64,000 nucleotides of DNA from Alphaproteobacteria bacterium (GCA_963665325.3 CAXXWS020000003.1:640001-704000); one strand, 5' to 3'; shown: positions 9,995 to 18,749, counted from the first letter of the stretch. Translations and numbers: made by a program. Notes: a model not told the origin generated them from the letters alone.

Positions 9995-10897
9995 ATGACA
10001 CCCCTCCGGTTGATCCCCAAGCGCCTGCTGCCGCGCAATGCGTGGGGAGACAAGGAGTTCTGCCGGCGCCGGTTCGTCCGGAGGCAGGGGCGGCGGCCGG
10101 AACTGCGCGATCCGAGGCGACTGACCGACCAGCTTTACCGGATCAAGACGGACGGCTCGTTGCTGGACCCGCTATGCCAGTTCGTGACCGACAAGGAGCA
10201 TGCGAAGCAGTATATCGAGGGCGTGATCGGCCCCGGCTGTCTGCCGGAGACCTACCGGGTGCTCAAGAATGCCGAAGACATAAGCGGCTTCGTCCCCGAC
10301 CGCGTTCCCTGTGTGCTGAAGCCCACGCATCTGAGCGGTCCGGTTCTCTTCCATACCGACCCGGACGAAGACATTGACCGCGGTCTGCTTTGCGAATGGC
10401 TGAAGAAGGAGCGGTACAGCAACACAAGGGAGGCCAACTACCGCCATCTCCAGCCGAAGATCATCATCGAGGAGTTCTTTTCCCAGGACGGACTGCCCGT
10501 GCCCAAGGACTACAAGCTGTTCTGCTTTCATGGCGCGCCGAAGCTGATCCAGGTGGATGACGGACGTTTCGGGCACCACACGCGGAACTTCTACGATATG
10601 AGCTGGAACCGGTTGCCCGTGACCTTTCGTTATCCGGCCGGTCCCGAGGACGAGAAGCCGCCTCTTCTGAAGGAAATGTGGGAGATTGCGTCCCTGCTCG
10701 CCTCGGCGTTTTCATTCGTTCGTGTGGACCTGTTTGCAAGCCGGACGGGGATTTGCGTCGGAGAACTGACATTCTGTCCCGAAGGCGCGAACGCCCCGCT
10801 TCTTCCCGACGCCGCCGACATCGAGCTCGCAAGGCTCTTCGACCCCGACTACCGACTGGACGCGTGGGCCTGCGCCGAGGCCTGGGCGAAGGGATGA
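9995..10897 (+). CDS. TupA-like ATP-grasp amidoligase
   Basis: DKEHAKQY, VLKPTHLSG, IIIEEF, DYKLFCFHG, FVRVDL and GELTFCP match the TupA ATP-grasp pattern. Confidence 0.87.
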   Translation: MTPLRLIPKRLLPRNAWGDKEFCRRRFVRRQGRRPELRDPRRLTDQLYRIKTDGSLLDPLCQFVTDKEHAKQYIEGVIGPGCLPETYRVLKNAEDISGFVPDRVPCVLKPTHLSGPVLFHTDPDEDIDRGLLCEWLKKERYSNTREANYRHLQPKIIIEEFFSQDGLPVPKDYKLFCFHGAPKLIQVDDGRFGHHTRNFYDMSWNRLPVTFRYPAGPEDEKPPLLKEMWEIASLLASAFSFVRVDLFASRTGICVGELTFCPEGANAPLLPDAADIELARLFDPDYRLDAWACAEAWAKG

Positions 10898-11006
10898 TCG
10901 ACGGGCGGGCGCCTGGTGCCGAAATAGGGATTCCGGAAACTTTTCACTAATCGACCCGCGGGGGCTTGTGTTCTGAATATCTGTGTTAGGATAGGAACAG
11001 GGAGAT

Positions 11007-11037
11007 GGGCGGCCACCGGAGCCGTCCTTTTCTTTTT
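11007..11037 (+). terminator. Intrinsic terminator
   Basis: GGGCGGC-CACCGGA-GCCGTCC stem followed by TTTTCTTTTT. Confidence 0.65.
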
Positions 11038-11386
11038 CGGGCAGGGAGCGGCAACCGGGGCCGCAAAACCCGGCGGGGGCGGACAGGAGAGGTGCGCCCG
11101 GCGTTTGCCTCGCGCGCGAGCGCAATCAGGCGCGCGAACTGCGCCGGCGCTGACGGGCGCACGCCCGCCCGCGATACGCGCGGAACAGGGTCCCTCCGCG
11201 AGCCGGTGGCAGTGAGAACGGAAAGGAACGAAACAGGATGCAGGAACGGCATGCAGGACGCATCCCCCCTTTCGCCGCATGCGGGCCGGGAGGGCTCCGG
11301 CGCAACCTCGCCCCGGCTTCCCTGCCGGGACGAGAACAGGCGGGGTCCGGGGCGTCGGGGTGGGGCGGCTGTTCGTCGATCCATGC

Positions 11387-11472
11387 CTATGCGAAAAACT
11401 TATGTCACCAAGAAGAAAACGGTATTGGTCCTTATCGAGTGCGGGTGCCAGATTGCGTTTGTCCGGTTCGGA
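11387..11472 (+). promoter_or_regulatory. Conserved promoter-like block, copy A (homologous to 61463-61548)
   Basis: Ungapped 86-nt alignment with 61463-61548, 58 identities by manual count. Contains TTGGTC-N18-CAGATT, then GTCCGGTTCGGA. Confidence 0.6.
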
Positions 11473-11572
11473 TCGGACCGCCGTCCCCGGCGCTTCGGTC
11501 CAGTAGCGGTTTCCTCCCCCGCGACCGGCAGCGCAGCCGGCGGGCCCCCCCACCCGCCGGCTGCCTTTCCTT
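11461..11572 (+). ncRNA. Putative cuckoo-like sRNA (copy A, no ORF)
   Basis: 5' hairpin GTCCGGT-TCGG-ATCGGAC, hairpin with TTTCCTCCC loop, then 12-bp stem GCAGCCGGCGGG/CCCGCCGGCTGC (11533-11564) and a pyrimidine tail. Homologous to the module at 61779-61852. Confidence 0.55.
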
Positions 11573-11693
11573 GCGGCCGGTGCGGACCCCGCCGCGGAAA
11601 AACCCGTGGTAAAATGCGCGCGGGATGGAACCTCTAAAGCCTTCCCCGCCCGCGGGCCGGGAAAGGGAGAAGCGGCAGCCGCTCGTGGCGGCG

Positions 11694-11761
11694 CATGACA
11701 AAACATGACATTTCATGACATTCCGCGAAGGTCCCCCGCGCGCTGCGGCGGGCGCATGACA
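11694..11761. repeat. Phased CATGACA direct repeats
   Basis: CATGACA at 11694, 11704 and 11714 (10-bp period), and again at 11755. Confidence 0.7.
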
Positions 11762-11821
11762 GGCGGGGGCTGTCCGGGCTAGAATCGCCGGGAGTTTTCT
11801 ACAGCCGCGGGGAGAGAAAAA

Positions 11822-13522
11822 ATGGCAGGCGACCGGCATCCTTGGCTCGCGAGCTACCCCGACCATGTGAACTGGGACGCGGAGATTCCCGAAGGCCCGC
11901 TCTTCGCGATCCTCGACGACTCCGTCCGCCGCTTCCCGGACAATGAGGCGATGGATTTCCTCGGCAAGACATACAGCTATGCCGAGCTCGGGCGGATGGT
12001 GGACCGCGCCGCCGCCGGCTTCCGCTCGCTCGGCGTGGAGAAGGGCGTCAAGGTCGGGCTCTTCCTGCCGAACTGCCCGCAATTCGTCGTCTCCTTCTTC
12101 GGCATCCTAAAGGCGGGCGGCACGGTGGTGAACTACAGCCCGCTCTACTCGGAGGAGGAGCTCGCCCAGCAGATCGAGGATTCCGAAACCGACATCATGG
12201 TGACGCTCGGCCTCACGGCGCTCTATCCCAAGATGGCGGCGCTGCTCCGGAAAACGCGCATCCGCACGCTCGTGGTCGGCCAGCTGCAGGACGTGCTGTC
12301 CTTCCCGAAGAACCTGCTCTTCCCGCTGTTGAAGCGCAGCGAGCTCGCGAAGGTGCCGGACGACGAAGAGCATGTGGCCTTCCGCCGCCTGCTCGACAAT
12401 GACGGCAGCGGCGAGCCGCCGGAGATCGACCCGCGCGAGGACGTCGCCGTCTTCCAGTACACCGGCGGCACGACCGGCGTGCCGAAGGGCGCGATGCTCA
12501 CCCACGCGAACCTGCACGCCAATATCCACCAGGCGCTGCTCTGGAATCCGTCGCTGGAGCCGGGCCGGGAACGGATGATGGGCGTGCTGCCCTTCTTCCA
12601 CGTGTTCGCAATGTCGGTGGTGATGAACTTCACCATCGCCATCGGGGGCTCGATCGTCATGCGCCCGCGGTTCGAGCTCGATCCCGTGTTGCAGGACATA
12701 ACCAAGAAGAAGCCGACGCTGTTTCCCGGCGTGCCGACCATGTACACCGCTATCGTCAACCACCCGAAGCTGTCGAGCTTCGACCTCACCTCGATCAAGA
12801 CCTGCATGTCGGGCGGCGCGCCGCTGCCGCTGGAGATCAAGCGGCGCTTCGAGGAGCTTTCGGGCTGCAAGCTGGTCGAGGGCTACGGGCTGACGGAATC
12901 CGCGCCGATCGCCGCCTCCAACCCGTTCGAGGGCGTCAACAAGGAAAGCTCGGTCGGCCTGCCCGTCCCCGGCACCACGATCACCATCGTGGACAAGGAG
13001 GACCCGCTGAAGATCCTGGCCCAGGGCGAGGACGGGGAGATCTGCATCTCCGGCCCGCAGATCATGAAGGGCTACTGGCGCCGCGACGACGCGACGGCCG
13101 AGACCATCGTCGAGGGCCGGCTGCGCACGGGCGATGTCGGGCACCTGGACGAGGACGGCTACCTGTTCATCATCGACCGCAAGAAGGACCTCGTGCTGGT
13201 CAGCGGCTACAATGTCTTCCCGCGCAATGTCGAGGAGGCGATCTACCGCCATCCCGCCGTCGAGGAAGTCACCGTCATCGGCATTCCGGACGACTACACC
13301 GGCGAGGCGGTCAAGGCGTTCGTCAAGCTCGGCGAGGGCCAGGCGCTGGATGCGGACGGGCTGCTGGAGTTCCTCCGCGACAAGCTCGGCCGCCACGAGG
13401 CGCCGAAGCATATCGAGTTCCGCGACGAGCTGCCCAAGACCATGATCGGCAAGCTCTCCAAGAAGGAGCTGGTCGCGGAAGAGGCAGCAAAGCGGGAAGC
13501 GGCGGAAGCTTCGTCGGGGTAA
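11822..13522 (+). CDS. fadD: Long-chain fatty acid--CoA ligase (FadD/PimA-like)
   Basis: QYTGGTTGVPKG, EGYGLTE, RTGD and PKTMIGK adenylation motifs; GGAGAG SD. Confidence 0.88.
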   Translation: MAGDRHPWLASYPDHVNWDAEIPEGPLFAILDDSVRRFPDNEAMDFLGKTYSYAELGRMVDRAAAGFRSLGVEKGVKVGLFLPNCPQFVVSFFGILKAGGTVVNYSPLYSEEELAQQIEDSETDIMVTLGLTALYPKMAALLRKTRIRTLVVGQLQDVLSFPKNLLFPLLKRSELAKVPDDEEHVAFRRLLDNDGSGEPPEIDPREDVAVFQYTGGTTGVPKGAMLTHANLHANIHQALLWNPSLEPGRERMMGVLPFFHVFAMSVVMNFTIAIGGSIVMRPRFELDPVLQDITKKKPTLFPGVPTMYTAIVNHPKLSSFDLTSIKTCMSGGAPLPLEIKRRFEELSGCKLVEGYGLTESAPIAASNPFEGVNKESSVGLPVPGTTITIVDKEDPLKILAQGEDGEICISGPQIMKGYWRRDDATAETIVEGRLRTGDVGHLDEDGYLFIIDRKKDLVLVSGYNVFPRNVEEAIYRHPAVEEVTVIGIPDDYTGEAVKAFVKLGEGQALDADGLLEFLRDKLGRHEAPKHIEFRDELPKTMIGKLSKKELVAEEAAKREAAEASSG

Positions 13523-13735
13523 GGTCCCGGGCGGCTCCTGCCATGAGGGCGCGACAGGCGCAGCGATGAACGACGGCCGCCCGAGCTTCATCCTGTTGGT
13601 GACCGACCAGCAGCGCGCCGACCATCTGGGCTGCTACGGCCATCCCGTGCTGCGGACGCCGGCCATCGACGGGCTGGCGCGCCGGGGCGTGCGATACGAC
13701 AACTGCCATGTCGCCAGCCCCGTCTGCATGCCTAA

Positions 13736-15805
13736 CCCAAGTTTAACGTTTTGGTGGCCGATTTTGTCGAGGTTGGCCGGCGCGGTGTCATCAAGCCATT
13801 GATATTGCTGGATTGAGGTTTCCGGGGGCGCAATGTAGTGCCATAATATTTTCACTTGGGGATTTCGAGACCTTGCGCCCGCTCCTATGCTGTGCGCCAT
13901 GTTCATTCGCCGCACCAGGACCGGAACCGGCGAGCGCGGCGAGGTCTATTATTCCCATCGCCTTGTTCGCTCGGAGCGCGACGGCGGGAAGATCCGCCAG
14001 CGCACCCTGCTCAACCTGGGGAGCGACTTCCCTGTCGAGCGGCGGCACTGGGCGGTGCTGTGCAGCCGGATCCAGCAGCAGCTCGACCGCCAGGCCGAGC
14101 TGGTTTCGCTGTCCTGTCCGGAGGAGGTCGAGCGGCACGCCCAGCGCATCGCCGCGCAATTGCTCAACAGCGCGCCGTCCGGCGGGACCGGGCGCCCTGA
14201 CCTGCAGACGGTGGATGTCGGCTCCCTGGAGCTGATCCGCCCGCGTTCGGTCGGCGTCGAGCATGTCGGGCTGTGGGCCATGGAGCGGCTCGGCCTGGAG
14301 GCTTTGCTGGAGCGCCTGGGCTTCAACGGCACGCAGCGCGCGCTCGCCATGGCCACCGTGATCGCGCGCATGGCGGCGCCGGGCTCGGAGCGCGCCTCCT
14401 GGCGCTGGCTGTGCGAGCGTTCGGCGCTCGGCGAGTTGCTGGGGGTGGACTTCGAGCGCATGAGCATGATGCGCCTGTACCGCGCCTCCGACGCCCTGAT
14501 GGCGCAGCGCGCGGCGATCGAGGCGCATCTGTTCGATCGGGCGACGGATCTGTTCGGCCTGCGCCACACGGTGACGCTGTACGACCTGACCAACACCTTC
14601 TTCGAGGGCGCGGCGGCGGCCCAGGCCAAGGCCGAACGCGGCCATTCCAAGGAGAAGCGCTCGGATTGCCCGCTCTTGACCCTGGGGCTGGTGCTCGACG
14701 GCTCGGGCTTCGTGCGCCGCTCCGAGGTGTTCTCGGGCGCGGTCAACGAAGACAGGACCCTGGCGTCGATGCTCGGCGCCCTGGGCGCGCCGGCGGACGC
14801 GCTGGTGGTGATGGATGCGGGGATCGCCACCGAGGCCAACATCGCCTGGCTGCGCGCGAACGGCTACCGCTATCTCGCGGTCAGCCGGGAACGCACCCGC
14901 CGCTTCGATCCCGAGCTGGCGCTGGCCATCGAGACCCGGTCGCGCCAGACGGTCCATGTCCACAAGGCGGTCGACGCCGAAGCTGGAGAGGCGCGGCTCT
15001 ACTGCTACTCCGAGGCGCGGGCGAAGAAGGAACAGGGCATCGCAAACCGCTTCGCCGCGCGCTTCGAGGGCGAGATGCAGAAGCTCCACGACGGCCTCAA
15101 GCGGCCGCGCACCCGCAAGCGGCTCGACCATGTCTGGCAGCGGATCGGCCGGATCAGGGAGAAGAGCCGCGGCGCCGCGGCCCACTACGACATCGACGTC
15201 ATCGCCGACGAAAGCGGCGAGAAGGCCCGGGCCGTCACATGGGAGCGCCGCCCGCTCGCCGGCACCATGGCCACCCATCCCGGCGTTTACTGCCTGCGCA
15301 CCAACGTCGAGGACTGGGACGAGGAGGCGCTGTGGCGGACCTATACCTCGCTCACCGATGTGGAGGCGGTGTTCCGATCGCTCAAGTCGGAACTCGGCCT
15401 GCGCCCCATCTTCCACCAGACCCAGAGGCGCTCCGACGGCCACCTGTTCATCACCGTGATCGCCTACCAGATGGTGCAGACCATCCGCCGGCGCCTCGCC
15501 GAGCACGGCGAACACGCCAGCTGGGCCAGCCTGCGAGCCATCCTCGAAGGCCAGCAGCGGGTCACCGCGACCTTCAGGCGCAAGGACGGACGCACCTTGC
15601 ATGTCCGCAAGGCCACACGGGCCGAGCCCGAACAGCAAGAAATCTATCGCGCGCTCGGCATCGACCCCGCCCCTGGAGGCATCAGGAAAATGATCGTCTG
15701 ATCCCGAACCGGGCGAAATAACCGAAATGTAGTGCCAGACGCGAAATTATTGCTCCGTAAGGCATTGATAATCAATGATCTTCAAAATGCTCTGTTAAAC
15801 TTGGG
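13736..15805 (+). mobile_element. IS1634-family insertion sequence, 2070 bp
   Basis: Perfect 12-bp terminal IR CCCAAGTTTAAC (13736-13747) / GTTAAACTTGGG (15794-15805). Flanking duplication CTAA (13732-13735, 15806-15809), or CTAAC if the left end is 13737. Confidence 0.92.
13899..15701 (+). CDS. IS1634-family DDE transposase
   Basis: N-terminus MFIRR..YYSHRLVRSERDGGKIRQRTLLNLG; YDLTNTFFEG, GHSKEKRSD, VVMDAGI and VEAVFRSLKSELGLRPIFHQ. Confidence 0.9.
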   Translation: MFIRRTRTGTGERGEVYYSHRLVRSERDGGKIRQRTLLNLGSDFPVERRHWAVLCSRIQQQLDRQAELVSLSCPEEVERHAQRIAAQLLNSAPSGGTGRPDLQTVDVGSLELIRPRSVGVEHVGLWAMERLGLEALLERLGFNGTQRALAMATVIARMAAPGSERASWRWLCERSALGELLGVDFERMSMMRLYRASDALMAQRAAIEAHLFDRATDLFGLRHTVTLYDLTNTFFEGAAAAQAKAERGHSKEKRSDCPLLTLGLVLDGSGFVRRSEVFSGAVNEDRTLASMLGALGAPADALVVMDAGIATEANIAWLRANGYRYLAVSRERTRRFDPELALAIETRSRQTVHVHKAVDAEAGEARLYCYSEARAKKEQGIANRFAARFEGEMQKLHDGLKRPRTRKRLDHVWQRIGRIREKSRGAAAHYDIDVIADESGEKARAVTWERRPLAGTMATHPGVYCLRTNVEDWDEEALWRTYTSLTDVEAVFRSLKSELGLRPIFHQTQRRSDGHLFITVIAYQMVQTIRRRLAEHGEHASWASLRAILEGQQRVTATFRRKDGRTLHVRKATRAEPEQQEIYRALGIDPAPGGIRKMIV

Positions 15806-17276
15806 CTAACCGGGCAAGCCTGATGACCGGGCGCATGCCCTCGCTGCACGGCGTGCGCATGAACGGCATCCCGCTGTCGACCGATGCGGTGACCTTCGTG
15901 GACCTCCTGCGCGACGCCGGTTACCGCACGGCGCTTATCGGCAAGAGCCACCTGCAGAACTTCACCGGGCAGCCGGCCTATGGCGAGCCCCGGCCGGAAC
16001 GGAGCGGGTTCCACCGCGCGGGCGGCGCGCTTGCCGAGGCGAGCCGGCAGGATTTCCGCGCGCCCGCCTACAGGCAGGAGGTGCCGCCCACCGGGCCCGG
16101 TTCCGTGGCGCTGCCGTTCTACGGTTTCGACCATGTGGAGCTCGTTACCGGGCACGGGGACGCCTGCGGCGGCGACTACGGGCGCTGGGTGCGCGAGCGG
16201 GAGCCGGGCGTGGAGAGGCTGCTCGGCGCCGGGAACCAGCTTGCTCACGACTATGTCTGTCCGCAGGCCGTGCGCACGGCGCTGCCGGAGGAACTCTATT
16301 CGACGAACTACATCGCCGAGCAAGCGGTTTCCTGGCTCGATGCGGTGGGCGGCGAGCCGTTCTTCCTCATGGTCTCCTTCCCCGACCCGCACCATCCGTT
16401 CAACCCGCCGGGGCGCTACTGGGACGCCTACCGCCCCGAAGATATGCCGGTTCCTGCCGCCTTCGAACGCAATGACTGGACGCCGCCGCCGCATGTCGCG
16501 GCCCTCCACCGGGAGCGGGAGGAAGGCGAGGCCGCGCTCCGGGGCATGAACAGCATCGGCTGCACCTTGCAAGAGGCGCTCGAAGCCAGGGCGCTCACCT
16601 GCGGCATGATCGAGATGATCGACGCCGCCGTCGCCCGCGTGCTGGCCGCGCTGGACCGGAGCGGCGGGGCCGGAAGCACGGTCGTCGCATTCACCAGCGA
16701 CCATGGCGACCATCTGGGCGACCACGGCCTGCTGCTCAAGGGCGCCGAGCCCTATCGGGAGATCACCCGCGTGCCCCTGATCTGGGCCGACCCGGACGGG
16801 CCGTCGGGCGCAACGGAAGACGGCATCGCGCAGACCCTCGACATCCCGGCCACCATCCTCGAACGGGCGCGCATCGAGCCGTTCCACGGCATGCAGGGCC
16901 GCAGCCTGCTCGGCGGCCCTGCCCGCGATGCAGCGTTCATCCAGTACGACCACCAGCGGCCCCATCCCGGCCTTGGCGGCCCGCCGCGGGTGCATACGCT
17001 TGTGGACCGGCGCTGGCGGCTGAGCGTCTTCGAGGGGCAGGACTGGGGCGAGCTCTACGACCTCGAAGCCGACCCGGACGAGCTCCGCAACCTCTGGGAC
17101 GACCCCGCCGCCGCGAGGGACAAGGCCCGGATGATTGAGCGGCTCCTCAGGGAAGAAATCGCCGCCGTGGACCGCTCGCCGTTCCCCACCGCGAGGGCAT
17201 AGGAGCGCCTCGCTAACGCCGGCCTGCGGGTGTAGGCTGGACGGGTATTGCAACTAACCGGGAGAGGGTCCGCGCC

Positions 17277-18110
17277 ATGGGGCAATTCGACCGCGCCGGC
17301 GAGGATGTCGGCAATATCGTCACGCTGGAGCATGTCAATGTCCTGGTGCCGGACCAGGTCCGCGCGACGGACTTCTATGTCACCGCGCTCGGGCTCACGC
17401 GCGACCCCTACCTGGTGACCGGCACGAACAATATGTGGATCAATGTCGGGCAGAGCCAGTTCCACCTGCCGGTCGGCGAGGCGCAATGCCTGCGCGGCCG
17501 GACGGGGCTCGTCATGCCGGATCTCGACGCGCTGGCGGCCCGGCTCGACACCGCCGGCGTGGCCTATGAACGGAAGGACGGCCATATCGACACGGCCTGC
17601 CCCTGGGGCAACCGCATCCGCGTGCACGGCCCGAACGAGGGGCGGACGCTCGCCATGGACTATGTCGCCTTCGACGTGCCCGAGGGTACGGCCGAGGCAG
17701 CGGCCGCTTTCTACCGCGAGGTCTGGAAGTCGGCGGCCTGGGTGGACGAGGATGGCGTCGGCCACGCCTCGGTCGGGCGCGGACAGGAGCTGCGTTTCGT
17801 CGAAACCGCCGAGCCGCTGCCCGACTATGACGGCCACCATATCGCGATCTATGTCGCGGATTTCTCCGGTCCGCACCGCTGGCTGGACGAGCGCGGCCTT
17901 GTGTCCGAGGAAAGCAACCGGTGGCAGTACCGCTTCCTCGACATCGTCGATCCGGGCACGGGCGAGCCGGTGTTCCGCATCGAGCACGAGGTGCGCTCGA
18001 TGACCCACCCGATCTACGGGCGCCAGCTGGTCAACCGCAACCCGGCGGTCACCAACAACGACTTCGTGCCGGGCCATGAGGCTGCTCCCTGGATGGCGCC
18101 GCCGGCGTAA
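17277..18110 (+). CDS. VOC/glyoxalase superfamily protein
   Basis: LEHVNV..PD....DFY..LGL, QFHL and HHIAIY patterns. Confidence 0.75.
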   Translation: MGQFDRAGEDVGNIVTLEHVNVLVPDQVRATDFYVTALGLTRDPYLVTGTNNMWINVGQSQFHLPVGEAQCLRGRTGLVMPDLDALAARLDTAGVAYERKDGHIDTACPWGNRIRVHGPNEGRTLAMDYVAFDVPEGTAEAAAAFYREVWKSAAWVDEDGVGHASVGRGQELRFVETAEPLPDYDGHHIAIYVADFSGPHRWLDERGLVSEESNRWQYRFLDIVDPGTGEPVFRIEHEVRSMTHPIYGRQLVNRNPAVTNNDFVPGHEAAPWMAPPA

Positions 18111-18143
18111 CCCGCTCCCGGTTTTCACGGGCGCGGGCGTCCT

Positions 18144-18170
18144 TGTCGCGAAAATGTCGGGCCTGTGTCG
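18144..18170. promoter_or_regulatory. Triple TGTCG direct repeat, putative operator
   Basis: TGTCG at 18144, 18155 and 18166 (11-bp period), about 60 bp upstream of the XRE gene. Confidence 0.5.
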
Positions 18171-18228
18171 TGGTCATTGCCCCCTAAGAAGGCCATAGCG
18201 GCCGGCAGGAACGGCGGGAGGGGCATCC

Positions 18229-18732
18229 ATGATCGTCCGGAAGCTGCGCATCGAACAGGGGCTCTCCCAGGAGCAACTGGCGTCGATGGCGGGCATCAGC
18301 GTGCGCACGCTCCAGCGTATCGAGCGCGGCGCGAACGCAAGCTCCGAGACGCTCAAATGTCTCGCCGCCGTTCTGGAAACCGACTTCTCGGCACTCAGAA
18401 ACGGGCAAGACATGACAAGCGCAACCGACGCCTCCCTCCCGGACCTCCCCGATGACGAACAGAAGGCCATGGAGTATGTCCGGGACATCCGGTCCTTCTA
18501 CACCCACGCGATCCAGTATGCCGTCGTCATTGCCGGCCTGGCCGTCGTCAACCTCTTCACCAGCCCGGGCTATCTCTGGTTCCTCTGGGCCGCCTTCGGC
18601 TGGGGCGTCGGGCTCGCCGTTCATGGCCTGAGCGTCTTCGAGGTCGTCAACCTGTTCGGCGACGGCTGGGAGAAGCGGCAGGTCGCGAAGAGGCTCGCAA
18701 GGAGCCGGCGGGACCGGGTCGGAGGGTCGTAA
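18229..18732 (+). CDS. XRE-family HTH regulator with C-terminal 2TM domain
   Basis: LSQEQLASMAGISVRTLQRIERG HTH, followed by FYTHAIQY...WFLW..GWGVGLAVH two-helix membrane domain. Confidence 0.87.
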   Translation: MIVRKLRIEQGLSQEQLASMAGISVRTLQRIERGANASSETLKCLAAVLETDFSALRNGQDMTSATDASLPDLPDDEQKAMEYVRDIRSFYTHAIQYAVVIAGLAVVNLFTSPGYLWFLWAAFGWGVGLAVHGLSVFEVVNLFGDGWEKRQVAKRLARSRRDRVGGS

Positions 18733-18749
18733 ACCGCCCCGGACCGGCC

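Larger units (their letters stand above)
13566..17202 (+). pseudogene. Sulfatase interrupted by IS (13566-13735 plus 15810-17202)
   Basis: DQQRAD...VASPVCMP at the left junction resumes as N-RASLMTGR at the right. Removing the IS and one target copy gives 1563 nt in frame (520 aa) with CMPNRASLMTGR, GKSH, PDPHHP and SDHGD. Confidence 0.92.

Noticed and set aside
10966-11000. Alphaproteobacterial LexA box
   Set aside because: GTTC and GAAC are inverted and far apart, not the GTTC-N7-GTTC direct repeat. The GAAC pair at 11216/11226 has N6 spacing.
11005-11637. 210-aa ORF and other ORFs across the 10.9-11.8 kb gap
   Set aside because: Arg/Pro/Gly-rich with no motif. The 210-aa ORF runs through a terminator and through blocks whose homologs at 61.5 kb do not keep this frame.
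11694-11720. CRISPR or mini-array
   Set aside because: 7-bp units with 3-bp spacers are far too short, and there are no cas genes in the window.
15823-17202. Intact 459-aa sulfatase
   Set aside because: It is the C-terminal fragment; the metal-binding DQ motif and catalytic Cys lie on the other side of the IS.
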